Shown here one piece after another: positions 1-11,963 of a stretch of DNA of 64,000 nt. A program made the position numbers and the translations under genes. The notes below the pieces were generated by a model, which saw nothing but the letters and a program-made list of their open reading frames with translations, made no database searches and was not told the origin of the DNA. Positions within the stretch are counted from its first letter, which is position 1, and each line of letters starts with the position of its first letter. This DNA comes from Macrostomum lignano (Eukaryota), in assembly GCA_002269645.1 (NCBI GenBank), contig NIVC01000614.1, positions 89,835-153,834 on the forward strand, given 5' to 3'.

Positions 1-723
1 CTGTGTCTGCCTGTCTGTGTCTGTGTCTGCCTGTCTGTGTCTGTGTCTGCCTGTCTGTGTCTGTGTCTGTGTCTGTGTCTGCGTCTGCCTGTCTGTGTCT
101 GTGTCTGCCTGTCTGTGTCTGTGTCTGTGTCTGCCTGTCTGTGTCTGTGTCTGTGTCTTTGTCTGCCTGTCTGTGTCTGTGTCTGCGTCTGCCTGTCTGT
201 CTGTGTCTGCCTGTCTGTGTCTGTGTCTGTGTCTGTGTCTGCCTGTCTGTGTCTGTGTCTGCCTGTCTGTGTCTGTGTCTGCCTGTCTGTGTCTGTGTCT
301 GCCTGTCTGTGTCTGTGTCTGTGTCTGCGTCTGCCTGTCTGTGTCTGTGTCTGTCTGTCTGTGTCTGTGTCTGTGTCTGCCTGTCTGTGTCTGTGTCTGT
401 GTCTGTGTCTGTGTCTGCCTGTCTGTGTCTGTGTCTGCGTCTGCCTGTCTGTCTGTGTCTGCCTGTCTGTGTCTGCCTGTCTGTCTGTGTCTGCCTGTCT
501 GTGTCTGTGTCTGCGTCTGCCTGTCTGTCTGTGTCTGCCTGTCTGTGTCTGTGTCTGTGTCTGTGTCTGCCTGTCTGTGTCTGTGTCTGCCTGTCTGTGT
601 CTGTGTCTGCCTGTCTGTGTCTGTGTCTGCCTGTCTGTGTCTGCCTGTCTGTGTCTGTGTCTGTGTCTGTCTGTGTCTGTGTCTGTCTGTGTCTGTGTCT
701 GCCTGTCTGTGTCTGTGTCGGCC

Positions 724-754
<31 letters not shown>

Positions 755-843
755 GTCCTTCCGTCTGTCTGTCTCTGTCTGTCTGTCTGTGTCTGTCTGT
801 CTGTCTGTCTGTCTCTCTGTCTGTCTGTCTGTCTGTCTGTGTC
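1..843. repeat. Compound microsatellite built of GTCT / GTGTCT / GCCT units
   Basis: Continuous low-complexity (CTGT/CTGTGT/CTGC)n from base 1 to ~843. The three long ORFs over it (VCVCLS...) are repeat artefacts. Confidence 0.98.
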
Positions 844-1043
844 TACTAGTATCCATATATCTACTTACGATTATCTGGTATCGCAATTGGGTGTTACTCT
901 TCTCTCTTACTTTCTAGTAAGAGAGAAATGTAGTTATGAGCAAATGTAGTATGAACGATAAACTAGCTATGGAAAAGCCACACTCTTCTCTTCATCCTTC
1001 TCTAGATTTCCATCTTACTCTCCCTCGCTTCCCCTCACCGCAG

Positions 1044-2702
1044 CTGGTCGCAGAGATCGGCGCCCATGCTCGCTTGATCACCGGCTTGGACGTGTGCGAA
1101 AAAACTGGCCTGATGGTCACCTGCAGCGAGGACACCTCGTTTCGCGCCTGGCAACTGTCTGACGAGGGTGGCAACCTGCTGGTTAGTGGCTTAATTGAAT
1201 TTCCCGGCTATCTATTCACCGATATGTTTCGATGTTTACTTTCATTGGCCTTTACGAACGTAAAGCAAGCATTATCAGTTAAAGACAATTTTCCCGATAT
1301 GTATCGACAAGTGTTATGTGCCCTTAATTTGCTTGTGTTGGCGTCATGGACTGCGTCGGACTTGCATTCTTTTCAAAATTAAATTTAATGACCATATCAT
1401 AGTCGGTAGTAGAATTATTATGCTAGTCTCCCGAAGTCGGCAGTGAAGCAGCCGCACAAATTTATAGTTCCGTTAATTGGAAAAATTTAACTTGGATGAA
1501 AAGTACGGCATTGAACAAAGGGCTCCGTTTAGAATCACCTGACTTTTATTTGATTTAATCGCAGACATAACAAGACGAGTACTTATACCACTAGAACGCC
1601 AGCACAGAAAACAACATGACAGTAGAAAAACAAACGATAAAGGAAGCTAAGCATGCAGCGTCAAAGCAGCTTGTTGCATCATAACTCCAGTAAGCATGTG
1701 CTTTTAGTTTTGAGCCTCGTGCCATGCTCTGAAGCACGGCTCAAGGCATAAGCTTGGCCTGTCCGTTGCAAGCGGCGCAGAGAATATCGCTGCGTGACAG
1801 GTGGCAAGCACGTGTGCAGATGCAGCACAGCAGCACAGCAAGACATGCTTCTAAATAGTGCAAGAACGTCCGGGAGCCGCCAATGTGCTTGTAGGTAATT
1901 AAGGAATCAATTCTTTGGAGAAGCTAGTAAGCGATTCGTATCGAGCAAAACCAGGTGTTACAAAAGATCCTGTACCCGAGGTCCAAAATATGAGTATCCC
2001 GAGGCAGTTCTACGACAAATCCTTTTGTCTATAGAAAACACATAGAGATGTCTATGCTTGCAATATCTTTGTCTCATCTCTTCACATCAAAATTAATAAG
2101 ATGAATATGAGACAATACCTGTCTATGGTAAAAACTTACAGGCTACGGGGTGAGCAAAATAGACGCTGGACGAGGCTAATTGGAAAACAAAACACGAGAC
2201 GGGAGGAATTAACAAATTCCTCTGTTAGTTTATTATAAACAGATTCCGTCCTTTGAAATAATCTGTGAACTGGCGTTTCTTCGGACGATGTACTTCATTC
2301 ATCTAAAGCTACCCAAAACACTGGCTTGCAGTGATAATTTCGGAAAACATCGCAATTGCGAACTACTATTAGTAGTATTTCAATTTTGCAATCTATCTTA
2401 ATTTTAACACAGCCAGTCCAGGTACCCACAGATTCAATATTTCCTATACCATCTAGCTAAGAAATATTTCCCGGACATACTGAGACTCGAACCCGGGTCC
2501 ATCCGATTACAAGTCAAACGCGTTAACCACTCGTCTAATAAAATGAAGTCGTGTTTTGTGCTTTTGTTCTCAGATCAAGCACCTCAGCTGCACAGTGGTG
2601 CCAAATCAGATGCTTCAAGGCTGCGCTTTCCTGCAGTCAGACCGGCGCCTGCTAACCGTGACTTTCGAGAGCAACGAGATTCGAGTATTTGCTAGGAAGT
2701 GA
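1044..2702 (+). CDS. WDR54: WD40-repeat protein, WDR54-like; last two exons 1044-1181 and 2574-2702 (5' exons lie outside or upstream of the window)
   Basis: Exon A reads LVAEIGAHARLITGLDVCEKTGLMVTCSEDTSFRAWQL, a WD repeat resembling the WDR54 motif HARxIxxLD...EDTFVxIWKL as I recall it. It has acceptor ccgcag|1044 and donor 1181|gttagt. Exon B follows the polypyrimidine acceptor ttctcag|2574 and reads IKHLSCTVVPNQMLQGCAFLQSDRRLLTVTFESNEIRVFARK*. Both junctions are phase 0. Confidence 0.75.
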
Positions 2703-2900
2703 ACAAGCCCTTGCGATCAGAGAGTGGCTCTGAGGATCAACTTGGCTGTTTTTTTTAAGTCAATAATCTCTTTATGCTTATCATCTGGCTGTCTGTCAGA
2801 GGTTTCACTTTCACCTAGAATTGTCTTTGTCCTCGTTTTTTGTCGCACAAATTCCTCTGTTAATTTATTATAAACAGATTCCGTCCTTTGAAATAATCTG
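2214..2900. repeat. 53-bp near-identical direct repeat (copies ~2214-2267 and ~2848-2900)
   Basis: caaattcctctgtta(g/a)tttattataaacagattccgtcctttgaaataatctgt occurs twice with one mismatch. Confidence 0.9.
2470..2537 (-). mobile_element. Truncated tRNA-like sequence (tRNA pseudogene or SINE head)
   Basis: Reverse strand reads TAGACGAGTGGTTAACGCGTTTGACTTGTAATCGGATGGACCCGGGTTCGAGTCTC, with an A-box, a CTTGTAA loop and B-box GGTTCGAGTC. The 5' arm of the acceptor stem is missing. Confidence 0.6.
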
Positions 2901-3105
2901 TTAGCTGGCACATTTAGCTGTGACATTTTTGTTCAACTATGGAAATATATAATCTTTCATTCTCAGTGTTTTACCGTGTTAGTTAAGTGTTCGCTTTTGT
3001 TAGCTTGTTGTATTGTGAAATTTAATTTTATTTTATCTTCCTTCACTAATCCATAATCTGCATCTGAAAATTTGTGTGTGTACTTTTGCCAGTAAGAATC
3101 GCCAT

Positions 3106-6100
3106 CTACTCAAATGAGGCCATAAAGTGAGATTGGCCATGCAGCTACTCAAATGAGGCCATGAAGTGAGATTGGCCATGCAGCTACTCAAATGAGGCCA
3201 TGAAATGAGATTGGCCATGCAGCTACTCAAATGAGATTGGCCATGCAGCTACTCAAATGAGGCCATGAAGTGAGATTGGCCATGCAGCTACTCAAATGAG
3301 GCCATGAAGTGAGATTGGCCATGCAGCTACTCAAATGAGGCCATGAAGTGAGATTGGCCATGCAGCTACTCAAATGAGGCCATGAAGTGAGATTGGCCAT
3401 GCAGCTACTCAAATGAGGCCATGAAGTGAGATTGGCCATGCAGCTACTCAAATGAGATTGGCCATGCAGCTACTCAAATGAGGCCATGAAGTGAGATTGG
3501 CCATGCAGCTACTCAAATGAGGCCATGAAGTGAGATTGGCCATGCAGCTACTCAAATGAGGCCATAAAATGAGATTGGCCATGCAGCTACTCAAATGAGG
3601 CCATGAAATGAGATTGGCCATGCAGCTACTCAAATGAGATTGGCCATGCAGCTACTCAAATGAGGCCATGAAGTGAGATTGGCCATGCAGCTACTCAAAT
3701 GAGGCCATGAAGTGAGATTGGCCATGCAGCTACTCAAATGAGGCCATAAAATGAGATTGGCCATGCAGCTACTCAAATGAGGCCATGAAATGAGATTGGC
3801 CATGCAGCTACTCAAATAAGGCCATGAAGTGAGATTGGCCATGCAGCTACTCAAATGAGGCCATGAAGTGAGATTGGCCATGCAGCTACTCAAATGAGGC
3901 CATGAAATGAGATTGGCCATGCAGCTACTCAAATGAGGCCATGAAGTGAGATTGGCCATGCAGCTACTCAAATGAGGCCATGAAGTGAGATTGGCCATGC
4001 AGCTACTCAAATGAGGCCATGAAGTGAGATTGGCCATGCAGCTACTCAAATGAGGCCATGAAGTGAGATTGGCCATGCAGCTACTCAAATGAGGCCATGA
4101 AGTGAGATTGGCCATGCAGCTACTCAAATGAGGCCATGAAATGAGATTGGCCATGCAGCTACTCAAATGAGGCCATGAAGTGAGATTGGCCATGCAGCTA
4201 CCCAAATGAGGCCATGAAATGAGATTGGCCATGCAGCTACTCAAATGAGGCCATGAAGTGAGATTGGCCATGCAGCTACTCAAATGAGGCCATGAAGTGA
4301 GATTGGCCATGCAGCTACTCAAATGAGGCCATGAAATGAGATTGGCCATGCAGCTACTCAAATGAGGCCATGAAATGAGATTGGCCATGCAGCTACCCAA
4401 ATGAGGCCATGAAATGAGATTGGCCATGCAGCTACTCAAATGAGGCCATGAAATGAGATTGGCCATGCAGCTACTCAAATGAGGCCATGAAATGAGATTG
4501 GCCATGCAGCTACTCAAATGAGGCCATGAAGTGAGATTGGCCATGCAGCTACTCAAATGAGGCCATGAAGTGAGATTGGCCATGCAGCTACTCAAATGAG
4601 GCCATGAAGTGAGATTGGCCATGCAGCTACTCAAATGAGGCCATGAAGTGAGATTGGCCATGCAGCTACTCAAATGAGGCCATGAAATGAGATTGGCCAT
4701 GCAGCTACTCAAATGAGGCCATGAAGTGAGATTGGCCATGCAGCTACCCAAATGAGGCCATGAAATGAGATTGGCCATGCAGCTACTCAAATGAGGCCAT
4801 GAAGTGAGATTGGCCATGCAGCTACTCAAATGAGGCCATGAAGTGAGATTGGCCATGCAGCTACTCAAATGAGGCCATGAAATGAGATTGGCCATGCAGC
4901 TACTCAATTGAGGCCATGAAGTGAGATTGGCCATGCAGCTACCCAAATGAGGCCATGAAATGAGATTGGCCATGCAGCTACTCAAATGAGGCCATGAAGT
5001 GAGATTGGCCATGCAGCTACCCAAATGAGGCCATGAAATGAGATTGGCCATGCAGCTACTCAAATGAGGCCATGAAGTGAGATTGGCCATGCAGCTACCC
5101 AAATGAGGCCATGAAATGAGATTGGCCATGCAGCTACTCAAATGAGGCCATGAAATGAGATTGGCCATGCAGCTACTCAAATGAGGCCATGAAATGAGAT
5201 TGGCCATGCAGCTACTCAAATGAGGCCATGAAATGAGATTGGCCATGCAGCTACTCAAATGAGGCCATGAAATGAGATTGGCCATGCAGCTACTCAAATG
5301 AGGCCATGAAGTGAGATTGGCCATGCAGCTACCCAAATGAGGCCATGAAATGAGATTGGCCATGCAGCTACTCAAATGAGGCCATGAAGTGAGATTGGCC
5401 ATGCAGCTACTCAAATGAGGCCATGAAGTGAGATTGGCCATGCAGCTACTCAAATGAGGCCATGAAATGAGATTGGCCATGCAGCTACTCAAATGAGGCC
5501 ATGAAGTGAGATTGGCCATGCAGCTACCCAAATGAGGCCATGAAATGAGATTGGCCATGCAGCTACTCAAATGAGGCCATGAAGTGAGATTGGCCATGCA
5601 GCTACCCAAATGAGGCCATGAAATGAGATTGGCCATGCAGCTACTCAAATGAGGCCATGAAGTGAGATTGGCCATGCAGCTACCCAAATGAGGCCATGAA
5701 ATGAGATTGGCCATGCAGCTACCCAAATGAGGCCATGAAATGAGATTGGCCATGCAGCTACTCAAATGAGGCCATGAAGTGAGATTGGCCATGCAGCTAC
5801 TCAAATGAGGCCATGAAATGAGATTGGCCATGCAGCTACTCAAATGAGGCCATGAAGTGAGATTTGCCATGCAGCTACTCAAATGAGGCCATGAAGTGAG
5901 ATTGGCCATGCAGCTACCCAAATGAGGCCATGAAATGAGATTGGCCATGCAGCTACTCAAATGAGGCCATGAAGTGAGATTGGCCATGCAGCTACTCAAA
6001 TGAGGCCATGAAGTGAGATTGGCCATGCAGCTACTCAAATGAGGCCATGAAATGAGATTGGCCATGCAGCTACCCAAATGAGGCCATGAAATGAGATTGG

Positions 6101-6218
6101 CCATGCAGCTACTCAAATGAGGCCATGAAGTGAGATTGGCCATGCAGCTACTCAAATGAGATTGGCCATGCAGCTACTCAAATGAGGCCATGAAGTGAGA
6201 TTGGCCATGCAGCTACTC
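3106..6218. repeat. 39-bp minisatellite, ~80 copies (CTACTCAAATGAGGCCATGAAGTGAGATTGGCCATGCAG)
   Basis: Near-perfect tandem units with a few recurrent SNPs (gaag/gaaa, tact/tacc). 25-bp deletion units occur near 3230, 3450, 3632 and 6155. Confidence 0.98.
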
Positions 6219-6501
6219 TTTACTGCTTAGCATTCGAGGAATTAATTGTTCTCAGGTGCAGAGAAGCAATAAAACTAGAAATGAATGCAATGCTGCTCGT
6301 TTATAAAAAATGTAGCCATTTTTGTCACACAACGATGGTTATACAGTAGATAATATAAAACCGAATTCCAGTCAGCACAGTTTTATTATCCTTGCATGAT
6401 GCTCGGGCGGACCTTTGCTTTGTATATATACGGTAAAGTTGGTTGAGAGTTTATAGTAGGCAATTTTATTTTGCCGAGTAAGGTGAGTTCGTCAAGCCGT
6501 C

Positions 6502-8815
6502 ATGCAGCTAATAGCAGCACTTTTCCTACTTTTGAGCAGTCGGGTCCTGCTTATACAGGCAGCTTGCGGCTGCTCTCAGGTGAGATATGTGTATTCCCAT
6601 TTGGGTAGACTTGTCTGCTACAGTTGCTTTAGTATTAGAAAAGCTTATAAACCAATCTACTGTACACGGGGGGCGTTGACCCCACCCCCCGGCTCGCCTC
6701 AAAAACGAAAATGATCGAGAGGTTACCTTACACTTAGACAACCAAGATCAATTGAGACAGGGGCGCCCACCAAGAGACAGGGGCGCCCACCAAGAGACAG
6801 GGGCACCCACCAAGAGACAGGGGCGCCCACCAAGAGACAGGCGCGCCCACCAAAAGATTGAGGCGGCCACCAAGAGACAGGGGCGCTCACCAAGAGACAG
6901 GGGCGCCCACCAAGAGACAGGGGCGCTCACCAAGAGACAGAGGCGCCCACCAAGAGACAGGGGCGCCCACCAAGAGACAGGGGCGCCCACCAAGAGACAG
7001 GGGCGCCCACCAAGAGACAGGGGCGCCCACCAAGAGACAGGGGCGCCCACCAAGAGACAGGGGCGCCCACCACGACACTATGATCAATTTCTCTTTTGTA
7101 GCTGCTTGTGTATTTAGCGACTTTATAATAACTAGCTAGGTCTAAATGTAATTTGGTATACAGATGAGAAGCAATTCAAAAAATATTTAATTTAACTGTA
7201 AAGCACTACAGGAATATTTGCATGAAGGTGCACAAATGTACAAGTACCATATGACATACATTAAACTGTAAACTGTACCAAAAGCGACTAGTTTTATAAA
7301 GAACACAACGCAGGTTTTCATCAATCTGTGGTGTTTCTGCTATCATGCAGAAGAGGACGACTCGGCCTAAGATTTTCCAAAAAACTCCGTCGCTCGTATC
7401 CGTCCATACTTAAATATACAGACTTCCAGCCTCTCGCCTCTCGTCATCAATAACGCAAGCACGACCAACAGCTCTAACAAGCAGAACTCCAGCACAGGAG
7501 TCGTCATTCAAATCGACGACATGCTGATCCCCATCGAGGACTTGCAGGCGCCAACAGCGCCTGTTCGATCTGACGGGTCCAGCTCTGATCAAGCCAGCAG
7601 CAGTAGCAGCAACAGTTTGCCGTCAAGCTCCTACCTCAGCTGTCGCCGCCTGTGGCCCAAAGGCCGTCTCTACTACCGGTTCGGCCTGGGCTTTCCCAGC
7701 TCCTATCGCAACATGGTTCGCTTGTAGCTTTCCCGATTGGCAGCCAGAATCAGTTCGGCCAGCAGCAATCAGCAGCTGGTCACCTTTGTCGAGTCCAACT
7801 ATTTCATTGACGTGCAGCACGTTGAAGTTATCGACGATGTCGGGTGTTATTCCTATGTTGGCCGGCAGAGCAGCAGCAGTAGTTATAGTCAGGCTCTGTC
7901 CCTGCAGGTACCCAACTGCATGCTGGAGAGCATCATCCAGCACGAGTTCATGCACGCCCTGGGCTTCTATCACGAACAGTCTCGACCGGATAGGGACAGC
8001 TTCGTCACGGTGCTGTGGAACAACATTGATAGTGACGTGAGTCGCAATGTTTTTGTCTGAGCCACCACTGAGCAGAACTTATTCAGCTATTTACATGGAC
8101 ATGGGTAGGTGATCTGTATATACCCAGAAGCATTGAAAAGTCACCATGCACCAGCTTGAGCCAGTAAAGCGACTTCTCTCGCATCGCCCTTGCAAGTTGC
8201 ACAAGTTGCACTTTACACTGGACGGATTAACTACGTAACCATGTATCACGCTGAGCATAATAGGGTGTAACGCAAAAATAATGAAAACATTTGAATTAAA
8301 ATGTGCAATTCAAAAAAGTCCTTATAGCAACGATGAATGTGTCCTTCACGAGAACTCAGCCAAAAGGAACTGTCCTCTTCACATTCACAGCTAGAAGTTT
8401 CTTACTGACGCAAATGGTGCGTGTTGATTTTTCAATGTTGCGGAGATGGAAAACTACATGTACGTTTCTTAGAAAATTTTAATTTGAATTTTAAAATGAG
8501 CAGGAATGCAACAATTTTCTGAAGACCTCGTACAAACTTACAAACGACTATCCACGATACGACTATGGCTCAGTGATGCACTACCAGTCGCACTACTTTT
8601 CCTGCCTCAGCGGTTCAAAAACCCTGCTGATGAAAAATGGAAGCTTAATTGACGAAAGGAACAACTTGAGCAGTCTGGACGCTGAGAAACTGTCCTACAC
8701 ATATTCTTCAACCAACTTGGCCTATTGCAGTACTCGTAGCGACGCCGCGTTCGAATTTGCGTCAAAAGTCCTCACAGGTTCGCTAACGGCTTTAATCTTT
8801 GTTATAATAAATTAA
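6502..8815 (+). CDS. Astacin-family (M12A) zinc metalloprotease, exons 6502-6579, 7422-8036, 8504-8815; in-frame TAG at 7725-7727 (possible pseudogene or null allele)
   Basis: Signal-peptide exon MQLIAALFLLL... with donor gtgaga at 6580. Domain start LWPKGRLYY, GCYSYVG, zinc motif HEFMHALGFYHEQSRPDRD, donor gtgagt at 8037. Exon 3 has NNFLK...YDYGSVMHY (Met-turn) and a hydrophobic C-terminus. All junctions are phase 0. Confidence 0.9.
6754..7071. repeat. 20-bp minisatellite (CAAGAGACAGGGGCGCCCAC), ~16 copies, in astacin intron 1
   Basis: Direct tandem reading. The array is bracketed by an 8-bp direct repeat GATCAATT (6746-6753 and 7082-7089). Confidence 0.95.
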
Positions 8816-9350
8816 AATAATTTAACTTCTTGGAAACTGAAACGACAGCGCTTGCTGAAATAACCTTCTAAATACCGTCTTTTTTAACTCTTCCAAATTA
8901 TAGAACTTACAAAAATGTCTGTAGCCTGTATTATTCCTCTATTCAATTTTTTTATAGTTTTGCAGACTTCCTAACAGCCAAAAAGAAATTACTATTTTCG
9001 TGTTAGACAACAATAAATAAATTAAGTCTATAAATCTCTGTAAACGTATTTTTCGCGCAAAACAAGCTTTCGAAGATTATTTAGAATTAATCTTTGGGAA
9101 ACGTAAATCTGCAGGCATATATTTTTCATAAAAGATAAGAATTATTCATGCTATTGTGCCGCTACATGCAGGTCGATAAAGCCAGACAGAAAATTAAGCG
9201 AAGCCATTACAGTGCTAGAAAGAAAAATTGACCTGGAATACAGCGCAACAACACGCGTTTAAACACTTACGGCAAAAAAATTTGATTTAAGATTGCCGGT
9301 TTTGAAAAAAATGCACACGAACTGCATTAAACCCAAATCAATTAGCAAGT

Positions 9351-11875
9351 TTAAGCACAGAGATCAATACCGAACAGGTGTTTCAAGCGGTCCCTAGCGC
9401 CGATTAACGCAGTCTCAATGTCCCGTTGAAGCGACTTCATGGATTGATCCTCAATCATTTCACCAGCTGCCCAGTGTCGATAGTGATGCAGCAAGCCTTC
9501 GCTAATGGGGCTCAGCTGTTTAGTTTGGCAGCTCTGCCACGAGTTCCACACAAAATGTATGCCAATCTCTTTGATCTGACGAGCTACTACGAGTAGTTTG
9601 CTACGCTCAGTGAATGGTAGAATAGATTTGATGCGTCGCCTGCGCAATAAGCTGACAATCTGTTGAAAAGAGTTAAGGGGGGGGGGGCTGTACTTAACAG
9701 CTAGTTTTAGTGGAATGATGATAAACGGCTTGTACAGTGTACAGGGGCGTCGCCATGGATTTTATGGTGGGGGACAAAGTCAAGAATTCTACATTTACAA
9801 CCGTAAATATCATTTTTAGAATCGGTTGTCAGCGTTCAGCGCTCATTTTAGCGCCACAGGCACTCATTTTAGCGCCGCAGGAACTCATTTTAGCGCCACA
9901 GGCACTCATTTTAGAGCCGCAGGCACTCATTTTAGCGCCACAGGCACTCATTTTGGCGCCGCAGGCACTCATTTTAGCGCCCAGGCACTCATTTTAGCGC
10001 CGCAGGCACTCATTTTAGCGCCACAGGCACTCATTTTGGCGCCGCAGGCACTCATTTTAGCGCCCAGGCACTCATTTTAGCGCCGCAGGAACTCATTTTT
10101 GGCGCCGCAGACACTCATTTTAGCGTTGCAGGTGCTATATTTTGTCGCCCTGAAGCAAAATTACTAATTTCCATAACGGAACACAAAGTTGGGGTGGAGG
10201 GGACACAGCATTGGTATGCCCCCTCATATCTTTTACTGGAGGACATGTCCCCCTGTCCAACCCCCCTCCCCCCGGTGGCGACGCCCCTAAGCTTGTTTCA
10301 ACGGAAAGTCGCATTCCATCTCTAGAGCAGTCTTGTTTGTTACCTTTCGCTAGAGCAAAACTCTAAACTCTTGCTTTTGATAGAAGGCAGACTCAATGTT
10401 CATCTTTTGATATGGCGAACCTTTCTTATAGCTCTATCGATATTCATTAAGATTTTCGTTTAGACAATTAGGATACACCTCCTATCATAGGAGGATAAAC
10501 CTCCTATCTTCGTAATGTATTTTTTCGCCCCTTTCCCGCCCCTCTACTTGAGTAGTCTGCTTTGTCTATAGGAGAGTTTACCATTTTGAAATGGCGTTTA
10601 AAATAACCGCTGAAAGAAAAGTCAAATGCGCAACCGCGTACCTTGCAGCCAATAAGCGAGGTCGGCATTTTAATTTCGCCACTTTTCTCCTGCTTCGGCG
10701 ATGGAGGAAACACGCCGTGACGAAATCCCAGAGCACAGTTACCGCCTCGATCATCTAGTGAGTGCAACTGTGCCGCTTTAACCAGATTAATAGCCTCGCC
10801 TTTGCTATTAGTTGGCACTAACATTTCGTCAATGTCAATGAACGTCAACAGTCTGTATCTGTCTCGGGCAGAGTACAAGCAATCGTTGAGAATAACCATC
10901 TGGCCATAATAGTGAATGTCCTTGTCTAAATCAATTCCCTCCGCCAAGGACCACGGGGTCACCGTGATCCAGCCAATACCGATATAGTGCTTCATCACTG
11001 CACTAATTTTACTAGGCAGACTCATATTGTAGAAGTAGAAATGCTCAACACCCAGCAGTCTATTGACCTCAATGAATTCCACTAGACGCATTATAAACTG
11101 ATTTTCGCTCTCCTCGCTGGGTAAATAGCGCAGGGCTGTGATACAAGCGGCAACTTTATCTGCCGGTTTCGATGACTCAGCAACATGTACAGGCAGTTTA
11201 ATCTTGCCAGATGCCCTGTTGGATACATCGACACCGTTCACTTCTACAAGATAAGACGACTCTGTTGGTACAACTGGACAGAAGTACAGCACACCATCGT
11301 ATGGCATATAATGACCTTCGTGCATTGAGTAACCAACAGCTTGTTGCCATGGTCTTGCATCCAAGTTCGTTGATGACTTCAAGGAACTGAGTCTACAGGT
11401 GACGCGAGGCGGCTGTTTCGATAATCTATTGTTGAAATAGCCAACAAGTACTATCAAACCAAGCTGGAAATCGAATCTAGCTGAAAACAGAACCAATACA
11501 GGCTTGCCTACTAGTGAGAACACAGTTTGCGGACTGGGACTGCTAGCCTCTGTAGCAGTATGTACCGATGAACTAACATTTACTTGCGAATAGGACGAGC
11601 TCATCAAGGGACTACCGAAATAGTAGTCGTATGCCAAATAATGTCTGATAGGGTTGGCGTCTGCGGGATGAAAACCAGTTATTATAGACAGCAATTTGGA
11701 ATGTTTGCAACAGTATTAAGTAAGCAAGATGGAATTTATCGGACTTACCAAAATCCATCCATTTGTAAAAAACATAGCATGCCGCGGTGCATAGCAGACA
11801 GATTGCTATGACAAGGTACCGCCGGCATTTTAACGATATCATTAACTGAAATCGGTTCCGTTTGAGCCTTGGCAT
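9351..11875 (-). CDS. Glycosyltransferase family 92 / DUF23 type II membrane protein; exons 11875-11749, 11582-10642, 9659-9351
   Basis: N-terminal TM (RRYLVIAICLLCTAACYVFY). GT92-type motifs LVEFIEVNRLLGVEHFYFYN, HYYGQMVILNDCLY and DxD motif FIDIDE. The last exon supplies ERSKLLV...EIGIHFV...GLLHHYR. Donors gtaagt (11748) and gtacgc (10641) and acceptors caag/caacag have compatible phases (1 and 0). Confidence 0.88.
9743..10288. mobile_element. MITE-like non-autonomous element with 13-bp TIRs and an internal 21/20-bp tandem repeat
   Basis: AGGGGCGTCGCCA (9743-9755) and TGGCGACGCCCCT (10276-10288) are perfect inverted repeats. Internal (GCACTCATTTTAGCGCCACAG)n spans ~9838-10130. Lies in GT92 intron 2. 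Confidence 0.8.
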
Positions 11876-11963
11876 AAGTTAGCGCAATGATGAGTTTGAA
11901 ATACTTTAATAAACCTTAAACAACTAGAAAATCATATCTTGTGATGTTTCTTTTAATTTGGTA

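Noticed and set aside
838-850. ACTAGT at the end of the opening microsatellite as a Helitron 3' end (CTAG|T)
   Set aside because: No GC-rich subterminal hairpin precedes it; a 6-mer alone is insufficient.
3-949. Three 270-310 aa ORFs (VCVCLS...)
   Set aside because: They are translations of a GTCT/GTGTCT microsatellite that is open in all frames; no protein signal.
2470-2537. Functional tRNA-Thr(TGT) gene
   Set aside because: The 5' acceptor-stem arm is absent; treated as a pseudogene or SINE head.
3106-6218. 841-aa ORF (MANLTSWPHLSSC)n, or a CRISPR-like array
   Set aside because: The 39-bp unit is a multiple of 3, so the ORF is automatic, and 25-bp units break the frame. The repeats are contiguous with no unique spacers, there are no cas genes, and the context is eukaryotic.
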